From a virus, in the IMG/VR virus record IMGVR_UViG_3300035698_007508, positions 62,755-126,754 of that record: a stretch of DNA of 64,000 bases. One strand, given 5' to 3'. The notes under the pieces are model-generated. The model did no database searches and was not told where the DNA came from. It saw nothing but the letters and a program-made list of their open reading frames with translations. Numbering within the stretch: position 1 is the stretch's first letter; every line of letters starts with the position of its first letter. Positions 19,774-28,751 of the stretch are shown piece after piece. Position numbers and translations under genes: made by a program.

Positions 19774-21226
19774 ATCAGCATTTGTGGGTCTGCCCGATGG
19801 TTGCCCACCGTTGAGTTTCGACATCAATATCACGCCGGTGAACTTCACAATGTGTGCGGTTCCGGACGTGACGATAGCTACCCAGTCCCCGATGACGTTC
19901 CACATAGACGTCCCGGATTTGGTGGTACCGCCATTCTGCGCCTGCATCCCGACGCAGTTCTTCTCCCGTGACGATTTCACCATCAACATGCACACCCAGA
20001 TGGTGGGCTTGTACTACACGCTGCGCCCCTTCACGGAAGACCCGGACTGCTGCGATCCTGATTTCACGATGAAGTTCAGCCTGGTCATCCCGTGCCTTCC
20101 GCTGGACGTTGAGAGTACCGGTACGTTCCAAATCGTCAAGAATGATGGCAACGTGAACATGTGGCTCTCCAAGCGTACAGAGACGTGCGTCCTTAAGCTG
20201 GAGTACAACTTCAATATACCGTGCCTGCCGTTCAGCATGCAGTCCACCGGTACGATCAAGACCACCCAGGCTAAGCAAGGTGACGTGAGCCTGCGCATCA
20301 CGCGCCAGGATGCGTTGACGTGCGGGTTCGAGTTCAACCTGGATATCAAGGTACCGTGCAACCCGTTTGAACTCAAAGCCACAGGGTCCGCCAAGTTTGT
20401 GAACAACACTGACGACATAAAGGTGAGCTACTGGTTTTCCAAGGTACCGGACACATGTATCTTGCAGATTGACGACCTGAACTTCAACTTCGACATGCAG
20501 ATCCCGTGTCACGCGTTCTCGATCAGCGCCATCGGTAGCGCCGCATTCGTGCAGAATAATGACGACATCCAGCTCAATTGTCGGTTCGAGAAGGAGCCAG
20601 AGACGTGTATACTTCAAATCGACAAGTTGAAGTTCAATTTCGATCTTAAGATTCCGTGTACCACGTTGGACATGCAGTCCACAGGTACGGCTACGATCAT
20701 GGGCGAAGACATGCACGTGTCGTACTGGATGTCGCAGATACCGGATACGCGCATCCTCCAGGTCGACTCGCTGCGTTTCAATTATGACCTGAATATCCCC
20801 TGCATGCCGTTGAAGCGTGAGGTTACGGGTACGGCGTACATGGATAAGGACACAAAGGTCCCTGATATCGCGATGCTGCTGACCAAGCGTGAGCCGTCTT
20901 GCGTCCTTATCCTGGATTACAATGTACACATCCCGTGCTCGCCGGTCGTGATTGCGGAAGTATCGAACGACGAGCCTGCTGGCCTGAACGGTAAAAAAGA
21001 GACGGTACTGTTCACAGCGTATATGGATGAACATTGCACTATGAGGTGGGGCATCCAGCTGGCACGCGCCGGGTTTAACGGTAATCACACGTACGCACGC
21101 GCCCTCAAGTGGGAGAGTAATTGCTTGAAATGGCGCTACGGTATCAAGTACTATGTTGACGGTCGGTGTTTCTCGGTCTACCAGGATAGCGCTTGGCACG
21201 ACCTGATTTGCGCCACCTACTGCTAG
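19766..21226 (+). CDS. Cys-containing tandem-repeat virion protein (IPC...TC repeats)
   Basis: About seven 43-50 aa repeats starting IPC/VPC and containing 'STG..' and 'TC.L'. Start revised to ATG 19766. Confidence 0.7.
   Translation: MPRSAFVGLPDGCPPLSFDINITPVNFTMCAVPDVTIATQSPMTFHIDVPDLVVPPFCACIPTQFFSRDDFTINMHTQMVGLYYTLRPFTEDPDCCDPDFTMKFSLVIPCLPLDVESTGTFQIVKNDGNVNMWLSKRTETCVLKLEYNFNIPCLPFSMQSTGTIKTTQAKQGDVSLRITRQDALTCGFEFNLDIKVPCNPFELKATGSAKFVNNTDDIKVSYWFSKVPDTCILQIDDLNFNFDMQIPCHAFSISAIGSAAFVQNNDDIQLNCRFEKEPETCILQIDKLKFNFDLKIPCTTLDMQSTGTATIMGEDMHVSYWMSQIPDTRILQVDSLRFNYDLNIPCMPLKREVTGTAYMDKDTKVPDIAMLLTKREPSCVLILDYNVHIPCSPVVIAEVSNDEPAGLNGKKETVLFTAYMDEHCTMRWGIQLARAGFNGNHTYARALKWESNCLKWRYGIKYYVDGRCFSVYQDSAWHDLICATYC
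20080..20950 (+). repeat. Protein-level tandem repeat array (IPC...TC)
   Basis: IPCLPLDVESTG / IPCLPFSMQSTG / VPCNPFELKATG / IPCHAFSISAIG / IPCTTLDMQSTG / IPCMPLKREVTG / IPCSP. Confidence 0.8.
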
Positions 21227-21234
21227 GAGACGAT

Positions 21235-21630
21235 ATGCAACTCACAGTCAGATACTACGGTCCGGATCGCACGGACGGATTACAGAGCTACGACCTGCGC
21301 GTAGTCGTAACGGACGCTGTCGACATGTCTGACGCGGTGTTTGTCTGGCAACGCAAGGTCCCGTCTACAACCGATGCTGGTGCTAATGCGCTTGGCGACG
21401 AGTTCGTCAGCATCGCTGATCCGGTGGATATGGAGCAGTACCCGGCCAACGCGCCAGACCTGTTCAACGACGTGCCTTACTACCGCACGAACAATGTGAC
21501 ATTACGCTTTCGCAGCATGGCCGAACTGGAGGACGTACGCACGCGTATGGACGCAGACCTGGACGAGCTGGTAGATGCACTCAAGATTGCGGCGACACTC
21601 GTCGTCATGGAGGAGAAGACATATGTCTAA
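21235..21630 (+). CDS. Hypothetical protein (start revised to 21235)
   Basis: AGGAG RBS before ATG 21235; 131 aa. Confidence 0.65.
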   Translation: MQLTVRYYGPDRTDGLQSYDLRVVVTDAVDMSDAVFVWQRKVPSTTDAGANALGDEFVSIADPVDMEQYPANAPDLFNDVPYYRTNNVTLRFRSMAELEDVRTRMDADLDELVDALKIAATLVVMEEKTYV

Positions 21631-21943
21631 CGACACGCAGGTGTTATCAAGGGGGATAGTACGGAAGCTACTGGCTGACCAAACCTTTTACAAGCAGTTT
21701 CCGGAGTTCCGGCAGCTTGAGAACAAGCTGCGGACTATGAACGTAGATCTCAATACTGGCCGTGGTTGTAAGGGATGTAAGGGCAGGCGAGTCGAGAACA
21801 ATTTGTTCGGCGACTTCCTGGCAATTCTACGCTCGATCGCGCCAGACCGTCTGGCAAAACTGAAGCAGCATTTGGGTATCGGTGGGTTGATGTACAGTGT
21901 GCAGGACCCGCGTACCGGTGCTTACGAAACGAAAGTGATATAG
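21623..21943 (+). CDS. Hypothetical protein with CxxC (start revised to 21623)
   Basis: GGAG RBS; 'GRGCKGCKGRR'; 106 aa. Confidence 0.6.
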   Translation: MSNDTQVLSRGIVRKLLADQTFYKQFPEFRQLENKLRTMNVDLNTGRGCKGCKGRRVENNLFGDFLAILRSIAPDRLAKLKQHLGIGGLMYSVQDPRTGAYETKVI

Positions 21944-21951
21944 GAGCTGCC

Positions 21952-24297
21952 ATGAGTGACCGAATACAAATGATTCCGCCGCACACCGTCCGTTCACGGG
22001 TGCAAATTCTCGCCGAGAAGCAGGACTACAACCACAAGCTGATGAACATTCCGGCGATGTGGGCGCGCACGCGGGGCAAAGGCATCAAAGTTGCGATCCT
22101 CGACACTGGCCGCCCGAACCATGTGGACCTCAACCCGTCCGGTAGTTGGACGGCGTACCCAGGTTACACCGAGGACGCCAATGGCCACTCCACCCATTGT
22201 GGTGGTATTGTCGCCGCTATCGCCAATAACAGTATGGGCGTGGCCGGTATCGCCCCGGAAGTCGAAGATTACTACGGTGCTGTGCTGGATAGTGACGGTG
22301 CCGGCGATATCCAAGCTATCGCAGACGGTATCCGATGGGCTGTGGACGAGCTCGGCGCTGATGTGATCAGCATGAGTCTAGGTATCTCCGCCGGCGCCTC
22401 GGTGTTAAGCCAGTGGGAAGATGCTTGCGACTACGCCGTTCGCCAGGGTGTGGCAGTCTTCGCCGCGGCCGGTAATGAGTACGGCGACGTCGGGCAGCCG
22501 GCACAGTACGACTCGGTCATTGCGATCGCTGCAGTCAACAGCCGTAGGGATCACGCGAACTTCTCCAACACGGGCCCGGAAGTTGACTTCGCGACTGGCG
22601 GTGTGGACGTATATTCGACGTATTTGAACAACTCATACGCCAAACTGAGCGGTACGTGCCTTGCTGGCGGTACTAGGGTATGGACAAACGAGGGATTGAA
22701 GTGCATCAAAGATATGGAAGAAGGAGACTTCGTATGGTCTCTTGATGAATCTATGAACCTTGTGCCTAGGCGGTGCGTGGCAAGGATTAGCAACGGAATT
22801 AGGGAGACACACACAGTAAAGACCGGTAACCAGACAATTGATGGAGTTACGGAAAATCATCCTTTTCTTGTTGTGCGGCGTACTCCGAAAAACGACAGGG
22901 ATCTGGATGGCCACGTGTGGAAATTCAGCGGGAGACGCTATGATGTTGTGGCGCGCTGGATTCCCCTGTCTGACATGGTTGAGGGGGATATGGTTGTTGT
23001 GCCAAAGTCTCTTCCAGGTGGTAATGAATTGAATGTTGTTGGTCTAGCCAGAGAATGCGGAATTGACTGCGACAGTATAGACGGGGTGGCACTGTGCCAG
23101 GTTGTGGGTGCATTTATCGGCGATGGATCATATGTCCGTGACAACAGGAGAGCAAACACCCAAGGAATCACATTGGACATCGGACTCAATGATCCGGAGT
23201 TGGCTGACAGGTACAAGGCGCTTATTGATGACTTGTTCTGCGTCGAGTCTCACAATTACGATGGTGACGTAAGAGTTTATTGTGTGGCTGCAGCCCAATT
23301 CCTCGCAGGGTTAGGACTAACAGACGGAGCACACGGGAAAAGGTTACCACAATGGATTTGGAGTCTGAAATCCAAGTACCGTAAGGCAATGCTTGCTGGA
23401 ATAATCGATAGCGATGGAACTATAGGTAAAAACGGACGAGCAGTGATTTCGATGTGTAATTTGGAACTAATCCACGACATCAAAGCGCTCGCCCAGGGTC
23501 TGGGATTCTTGGTATCTAATGTCTTATCCAGAGAGCGAAGGAACCCATTCCTTGATGATGTTAGTCGAGCAGGGACGGAACAAGTTGAATGGGTAAATGA
23601 GCATACAATCAGTTTGTCGAATCCAGGACGGATAGCTGAATTGCCGATGTTATCTTCTTCAAAGAAGCGGAGGGCAATGTCTGCTAGGCATATGGATTTC
23701 CGGTGTTTTTATCGTAATTTCCATTTTCATATGGATGATGTTTGTCTGAAAAGAGTGACTGAGATTTCCTCAAAAGGGGCGGAAGAAGTATTCGACATAA
23801 CTGTGGAAGGTTCGCACAACTTTATTGCTGAGGGGATTTTAGTACACAATAGTATGGCGTGCCCGGCCGCGGCCGCCGTGGGGGCCCTGATCCTGGCTGA
23901 CGCGCTACAGGGCGGTAAGAAACTATCGCCGGCTGAATTGCGCGCTAAGCTGCGCAAAATCGCGTATGACGTAGGCGCAGACGGGTTTGATGAGGTATAT
24001 GGCCACGGTATCCCGATTTTCGGGTCCGGCGGTGACCCATATGACTCTGACAATGTGCCAGAAGGGCCGGTAGAGGTTCCTGACGCACCCGACACAGGTA
24101 AGAAGTTCGGTATCAGGTCTGACTGTGCTACCTGGCGACTGGCGCAGACGCTGGTATTAGGTATGGCGTATGACCTGAACTGTGGAAAGCATATTGACCA
24201 GGCGTGGGCCCGTGCTATTAAGCAGTTGGCGGGCGATATGGCTGGCCTGGATAAGTTGATTCGCGCACGTGAAGCGGTACTCGACCGCAAAAAGTAA
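21952..24297 (+). CDS. Subtilisin-family (S8) serine peptidase containing an intein
   Basis: Catalytic Asp (VAILDTG), His (NGHSTHCGGIV), oxyanion Asn (AAAGN); GT|SMA motif split by the insertion. Confidence 0.92.
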   Translation: MSDRIQMIPPHTVRSRVQILAEKQDYNHKLMNIPAMWARTRGKGIKVAILDTGRPNHVDLNPSGSWTAYPGYTEDANGHSTHCGGIVAAIANNSMGVAGIAPEVEDYYGAVLDSDGAGDIQAIADGIRWAVDELGADVISMSLGISAGASVLSQWEDACDYAVRQGVAVFAAAGNEYGDVGQPAQYDSVIAIAAVNSRRDHANFSNTGPEVDFATGGVDVYSTYLNNSYAKLSGTCLAGGTRVWTNEGLKCIKDMEEGDFVWSLDESMNLVPRRCVARISNGIRETHTVKTGNQTIDGVTENHPFLVVRRTPKNDRDLDGHVWKFSGRRYDVVARWIPLSDMVEGDMVVVPKSLPGGNELNVVGLARECGIDCDSIDGVALCQVVGAFIGDGSYVRDNRRANTQGITLDIGLNDPELADRYKALIDDLFCVESHNYDGDVRVYCVAAAQFLAGLGLTDGAHGKRLPQWIWSLKSKYRKAMLAGIIDSDGTIGKNGRAVISMCNLELIHDIKALAQGLGFLVSNVLSRERRNPFLDDVSRAGTEQVEWVNEHTISLSNPGRIAELPMLSSSKKRRAMSARHMDFRCFYRNFHFHMDDVCLKRVTEISSKGAEEVFDITVEGSHNFIAEGILVHNSMACPAAAAVGALILADALQGGKKLSPAELRAKLRKIAYDVGADGFDEVYGHGIPIFGSGGDPYDSDNVPEGPVEVPDAPDTGKKFGIRSDCATWRLAQTLVLGMAYDLNCGKHIDQAWARAIKQLAGDMAGLDKLIRAREAVLDRKK
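22657..23850 (+). mobile_element. Intein with LAGLIDADG homing endonuclease (398 aa)
   Basis: Starts CLAGGTRVWT, block B 'TENHPFLV', LAGLIDADG motifs 'VVGAFIGDGS' and 'MLAGIIDSDG', ends 'VFDITVEGSHNFIAEGILVHN' followed by Ser. Visibly AT-richer than flanks. Confidence 0.95.
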
Positions 24298-24414
24298 AAA
24301 AAGACTTGACCTACAGATTCAAACACTGCAATTTGTACAGTGGTTGGAACGATCGGCCCTGATTTTCAGGTGTCGGAACGGCGTGCGCTCCTCTGCAAGG
24401 CCGTTTAGCTCTGT

Positions 24415-24454
24415 GACCCGCCTGCTTCCTCCGGCAGGCGGGTCGCTCCTTTTT
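24415..24454 (+). terminator. Rho-independent terminator ending the tail module
   Basis: 11-bp stem gacccgcctgc/gcaggcgggtc with 8-nt loop, followed by gctccttttt. Confidence 0.7.
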
Positions 24455-24561
24455 GTCCCCAAAAGTATCACTATTTCTGACTAAATCAGGCCACTAAATC
24501 GGTTATAACTAACTAATAGGGAAGGACTTCCATTGCGGCACCCCGATTTTGGGGATCGTGA

Positions 24562-24590
24562 TTGAAATCTGACCCGATTACCTGTATATA
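24562..24590 (+). promoter_or_regulatory. Candidate sigma70-type promoter
   Basis: TTGAAA-17 nt-TATATA in an AT-rich intergenic region upstream of the gene at 24776. Confidence 0.4.
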
Positions 24591-24775
24591 GTATGACGTG
24601 AAACGAGTTTTCACTCAAATGGAGGTACTATCATGCTACCGCAGGGCTAAAAACCCGCACATTGACGCACCTCAGGCACTGATTTTGTGTGAAATCGGTG
24701 CCTGCGGCTCGTGTCAAGCCGCTCTCTTTTACCTATTGGACACCCGGATCAGATCCTGGTACTATTGGAGGCATC

Positions 24776-25201
24776 ATGAATTGTAGTTTCATCAACCCAG
24801 CACCGATCGGCGTCAATCCGCCGCTCGATTCCGCCCGCAGACCCATCTATCGGGTCACCGCGGGTGACGAAATCAGGCTCGAAACCAAGGTCCAGCTGCA
24901 CAACGGTGTGGATGCGACGCCTGAGAACTCGCTCGCCAACTTCGAACTGCACGATCAGCGCTTCGAGACCGCCGTAACATGGACGGGACAGTGGCGTAAC
25001 GGTATCGAACTGCGCGATGACGGTATCACAGAGATCCTGTTACCCCAGGCGGTTGCTGATATATTGCGGCGCGGGGCGTTCGTATTCAGTATGACCATCA
25101 GCGACGTGCATGGTAATCACCGACGCACGATCATGTCCGGCTCATTACTGGTCGAGTACCAACCGACGTCACCGCATCACAGTATTCCGTACAAAGACTA
25201 G
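24776..25201 (+). CDS. Hypothetical protein, possibly BppU-N/Ig-like beta domain (start revised to 24776)
   Basis: GGAGG RBS before ATG 24776; 'IYRVTAGDEIRLETKVQ...GAFVFSMTISD' beta pattern. Confidence 0.55.
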   Translation: MNCSFINPAPIGVNPPLDSARRPIYRVTAGDEIRLETKVQLHNGVDATPENSLANFELHDQRFETAVTWTGQWRNGIELRDDGITEILLPQAVADILRRGAFVFSMTISDVHGNHRRTIMSGSLLVEYQPTSPHHSIPYKD

Positions 25202-25932
25202 CGCCGGCGCGCTGACTTGATCTGCGGTATCGGCTTGCGCGTTATCCCATGCTTGCGTTCGGCCATACGCTGGAACGTCGCGGACCGGCCACGCAGGCGC
25301 TTATACGTATCCGAACAGGTGCCGCGGTCGTGTTTTATCGCCACGGTGTCACAGATGCCCACTTTGAGCACCCCACGCGCACGTATGAAGAAGTCCAGGT
25401 GCTCTGATAGCTTCAATTCCGGATCCCACGGTACCAGGCGCAGTCGTTCGGTTCGCGCCATGAAGAAATTGGGGATCACCTCCACCACATCCATACCACA
25501 GCGTTGCTCCAGTATGGCCTTACGTAGTAGCATGTGCCGGCCACGACTCGGGTCTAACGTGCCGTGGAAACCAAACATCTGCCTCGGCACGTTCTCTACC
25601 TGCCCACCCACTATGTCGATGTCCGGATACGTGTCCAGCAGGCCGTGCAGCGTCTCCAGCTTGGTTTGGACCGTGAAAACAAAGTCGTCGTCGAGCATGA
25701 CAAGCCTAGGCGTGGTAACGAGCCGCACCAGCTCGTTACGCCCAGCGGACAGCCCACTGTCATACGGCAATGTGACGGTACGGATGCCTGGCCCGGACAC
25801 GCGTATAGGCGTATGACTGTCGTCGACGATCAGAATTGGTATATCCGGGTAGTAGTACCGGATACTCTGTACCAGTCTGTCCAGGTGGTGTGGGCGTTCG
25901 AAGGCTTTGATGCAGCATGTGACATCGCTCAT
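25198..25932 (-). CDS. Glycosyltransferase family 2 (B4GALNT-like GT-A)
   Basis: 'CCIKAFERP', 'IVDDS', 'GLSAGRN', 'MLDDDFVF' (DxD), 'EHLDFF'. Confidence 0.85.
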   Translation of the reverse strand: MSDVTCCIKAFERPHHLDRLVQSIRYYYPDIPILIVDDSHTPIRVSGPGIRTVTLPYDSGLSAGRNELVRLVTTPRLVMLDDDFVFTVQTKLETLHGLLDTYPDIDIVGGQVENVPRQMFGFHGTLDPSRGRHMLLRKAILEQRCGMDVVEVIPNFFMARTERLRLVPWDPELKLSEHLDFFIRARGVLKVGICDTVAIKHDRGTCSDTYKRLRGRSATFQRMAERKHGITRKPIPQIKSARRR

Positions 25933-27635
25933 TTACGATACCGCGTGTGTACTTGGGGTCCTCCGCCTGTCGTACGTCTTTGCTTGATCCTGGATTCGCG
26001 GGGCGGTATATGCACGTGATTCCGGCCGCTATGCGTTTGCGATGCACTCACTACACGCCGTGCGCGTGTAGTGTCCACACCACTCTCCGGCACGGGCGGC
26101 ATACCGCACTGAGCCCGGGCCTTGTTTGCACGTTGGCGTATGCACGCATATTGTGTAACGCCCGCCGGCTTCGTGATGGTTGTCAATCCATGCTTGCGCA
26201 TCATCAGCTCGGTCCCGATCAGGCCTTTACCGCCACGCAGCTTGCGATACGCCTGGTCGGCAGTCTTAATCGCTTTGTCGTGCCCGATCACACATTTGGC
26301 CGTGTATCCTACCCGCAGTTTACCGCGTGCGCGTAGGAAAAAGTCTAGGTGTTCGGCCATTTTGAGGTCCGCGTCCCAACGGTTACGCCGTACCGCATCC
26401 GTCTTGGCTATAAAGAAGTTGAGCACGAGATCATACACCTGATAGGTGCCGTGATCCTCCCGTGGATCTGGCGTGACAGTCAACTGCGACCCGGTGACGT
26501 CAATCAGCCCTTCATAGCTGCGCAGACGCCGCGTACCGGTCGTGTCCTGAACTGCGCCACCAAGTAAGTCCAGATCTGAACCCACCAATGTGTCGTACAT
26601 GTGCTGTAGATTGGTATCGGGTGTGATGATGAAGTCGTCGTCGAGCAGTAGGAAGTACGGTGTGGTTACCTTGTCCAACATGAAGTTACGCCCGGCGGCC
26701 AGTCCCGTATCGTATGGCAATGCGTGCCAATCTACGTCCGGTTGCGGGCGGGGGTGCTGGCTGTCGTCGCTCACGATGATCGCCATATCTGGGTGCGCGG
26801 CTTTTAATGACTGAATCAACCGAGCGGCCACGTGCGGCGCTTCGAACGTCTTAATAATAGCCGTGACATTCTTTTCCCAGTGGGTATCCATGCTGGATAT
26901 GATCGCGGCCGGTGGCGCGCTGGTGACCGCTCCAGTATGCTCCTGCACTGTGGCACGTTCGGCTTTGGTCAACACGCCGGGCGGCTTACGCTCGAATGCG
27001 CTGCCGGTCTTGAGTTTGAACGTCTGGCGATGCGCGTCCACGATGGGCAGGTCCAGCCAGCGTAGTAAGGCTTGCGCTGCATCCCAGTCGAATGTACCGT
27101 AGTCAACGCTATACGTGGTGTCCGGGTATTGACTGGCGTGCGCGGCGAATGCCGTGCGTGCCGCTACCCACTCATGGCACCATTGAGCAGTCACAGTAGG
27201 ATCGAGTGTACCGCGGTAGAACTTGTATTTGACGCTGGTCAGTGTCTCGTACGGATCGCGCAGGATCGTGACGATGCGGCCTTCCGGGTACATGGTGTGC
27301 AGGTAGTCCAGCATTTCCGAAGAGTTGTAACGCACTTCCTTGCAACCCCAGTTGGTGGCCTGCTTGAACATGCTGGTGAGGTAATCACGGTGCGTCTGGA
27401 GCAGGCTCTGCTTGGTCCAGCGGTTACACCACGGGTCCCACTTGGTCACATCACCCGGCTTGTCGATACGTCCGCCCATGGCGAGCAGGTCAGCATAGGC
27501 ACGCCGTGTGTTGTGCATGAAGCCGTGATGTTCGCCCGTAAGATATGTATCCGGGCAGGTATTGATCAGGCGCTGTACCAGTGTCGTACCGGAGCGCGCA
27601 GGGCCTAACACCCATATTGGTCGTTCTACTTGCAT
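25929..27635 (-). CDS. Sulfotransferase-GT2 fusion (start revised to 27635)
   Basis: N-terminal PAPS-binding loop 'LGPARSGTT', 'WGCKE', 'ILRDP...S'; C-terminal GT2 'IIKTFEAP..SDDS..GLAAGRN..LLDDDF'. GAGGA RBS. Confidence 0.85.
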   Translation of the reverse strand: MQVERPIWVLGPARSGTTLVQRLINTCPDTYLTGEHHGFMHNTRRAYADLLAMGGRIDKPGDVTKWDPWCNRWTKQSLLQTHRDYLTSMFKQATNWGCKEVRYNSSEMLDYLHTMYPEGRIVTILRDPYETLTSVKYKFYRGTLDPTVTAQWCHEWVAARTAFAAHASQYPDTTYSVDYGTFDWDAAQALLRWLDLPIVDAHRQTFKLKTGSAFERKPPGVLTKAERATVQEHTGAVTSAPPAAIISSMDTHWEKNVTAIIKTFEAPHVAARLIQSLKAAHPDMAIIVSDDSQHPRPQPDVDWHALPYDTGLAAGRNFMLDKVTTPYFLLLDDDFIITPDTNLQHMYDTLVGSDLDLLGGAVQDTTGTRRLRSYEGLIDVTGSQLTVTPDPREDHGTYQVYDLVLNFFIAKTDAVRRNRWDADLKMAEHLDFFLRARGKLRVGYTAKCVIGHDKAIKTADQAYRKLRGGKGLIGTELMMRKHGLTTITKPAGVTQYACIRQRANKARAQCGMPPVPESGVDTTRARRVVSASQTHSGRNHVHIPPRESRIKQRRTTGGGPQVHTRYRK

Positions 27636-28729
27636 GCTATCATCCTCACTACTTGCGGATTTTCGGTCGCGGTACACGCCCAATCAGCGCTTACCTGATT
27701 TGAGAGTACCGTGAACCCAGCTGCCTGTACGCGCTTGGCGAACTGCGGGGTGCGCAGGAACCGGCGATAGTGATCTGTGTGACGCGCATCATCCGGCAAT
27801 TTAAGTCCATGCGCGTACAGCGGGTCCCGCACCGTACGCGCCTCGACCAGCAGTTTTCCGCCGGGCTTGAGCAGCTTGTGGAAGCATGCCAATGCGCGGA
27901 CCTCGTTACCGAGCGTCACGCTGTGAAGCGTGAATCTGGCATAGACGGTGTCGTACGTGCCGTGCTCTTCGGGATAGTGCAGGTGCGTGAAATCATCCCA
28001 GCGCCAGATACCATCGGGCAGGTGCTCGCACAGTTTTTGAACGCCTTGCCTGGACTGCTCGATACCAACCACAGTCATACCCTTGGCCAGGAAGTAGCGA
28101 GCGTCACGTCCGTTACCCGGGCCGCACTCCAGCAACTTACCTGTAGCGTGACCAGCCTCGTAGCACCACTGCGCGAACGCCGATGGCTGCATCGGGGCAG
28201 TGTCGGTACCGTAATACGTATCCCAATAGTCGGGTGCGGGTGCCTGGTCGATACACTTAGGGCTGCTACTGTAGTTCCACTCCCGTACTGGTATGTACCA
28301 TTTACTGCCGTACTGCGTTTGCAGCATGTGCAGCGGGTTACGTGGGATCAGGAACTCACGCCCCAAGAACGTAGTTGGTATCAGATCGAACGTGTCCCAC
28401 ACGTACTGTAATTTCCGGCCCCTGCGGTACAATGGGAGCGTTACGTGGCCACCCGCCCGCTGGTGGAAGAACAGGTCCAGCTTTACACCAGCCATACGCA
28501 TGGCCAGTACAGCTGGATTGGTATGCACGTGCTTCGTGTCTTGGTAAAAGCCGTGCGCGGTCAGGATGTCGACGAACGGGCGCTGTGCATCGCGGCGCCA
28601 TAGCCCGATGTCCAGGTCGAGGTCATGGTACAACAAGTCGTTGTTACGGTAGTAACCGAGTAGTACGCCGCACGACAACCAGAACGGGATAGCAGCCGCT
28701 GTCAGAGCGTCGTGCGCACGCAGCAACAT
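27626..28729 (-). CDS. LicD-family nucleotidyltransferase fused to class I SAM methyltransferase (start uncertain)
   Basis: 'FWLSCGVLLGYYR...HDLDLDIG', 'KLDLF', 'LQTQYGSKWYIP' (LicD); 'LLECGPGNGRDARYF', 'YARFTLH', 'LLKPGGKL' (methyltransferase). Start placed at 28729 because upstream ATGs overlap the real GT gene. Confidence 0.8.
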   Translation of the reverse strand: MLLRAHDALTAAAIPFWLSCGVLLGYYRNNDLLYHDLDLDIGLWRRDAQRPFVDILTAHGFYQDTKHVHTNPAVLAMRMAGVKLDLFFHQRAGGHVTLPLYRRGRKLQYVWDTFDLIPTTFLGREFLIPRNPLHMLQTQYGSKWYIPVREWNYSSSPKCIDQAPAPDYWDTYYGTDTAPMQPSAFAQWCYEAGHATGKLLECGPGNGRDARYFLAKGMTVVGIEQSRQGVQKLCEHLPDGIWRWDDFTHLHYPEEHGTYDTVYARFTLHSVTLGNEVRALACFHKLLKPGGKLLVEARTVRDPLYAHGLKLPDDARHTDHYRRFLRTPQFAKRVQAAGFTVLSNQVSADWACTATENPQVVRMIACK

Positions 28730-28751
28730 GGTGTGCTTAACGTTATACCGG

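Noticed and set aside
19775-21199. 474-aa antisense ORF opposite the Cys-repeat gene (likewise 532-1314, 16351-17208, 50287-51144 and others)
   Set aside because: Shadow ORFs expected from GC-rich codon bias; no RBS or motifs, and fully overlapping well-supported genes.
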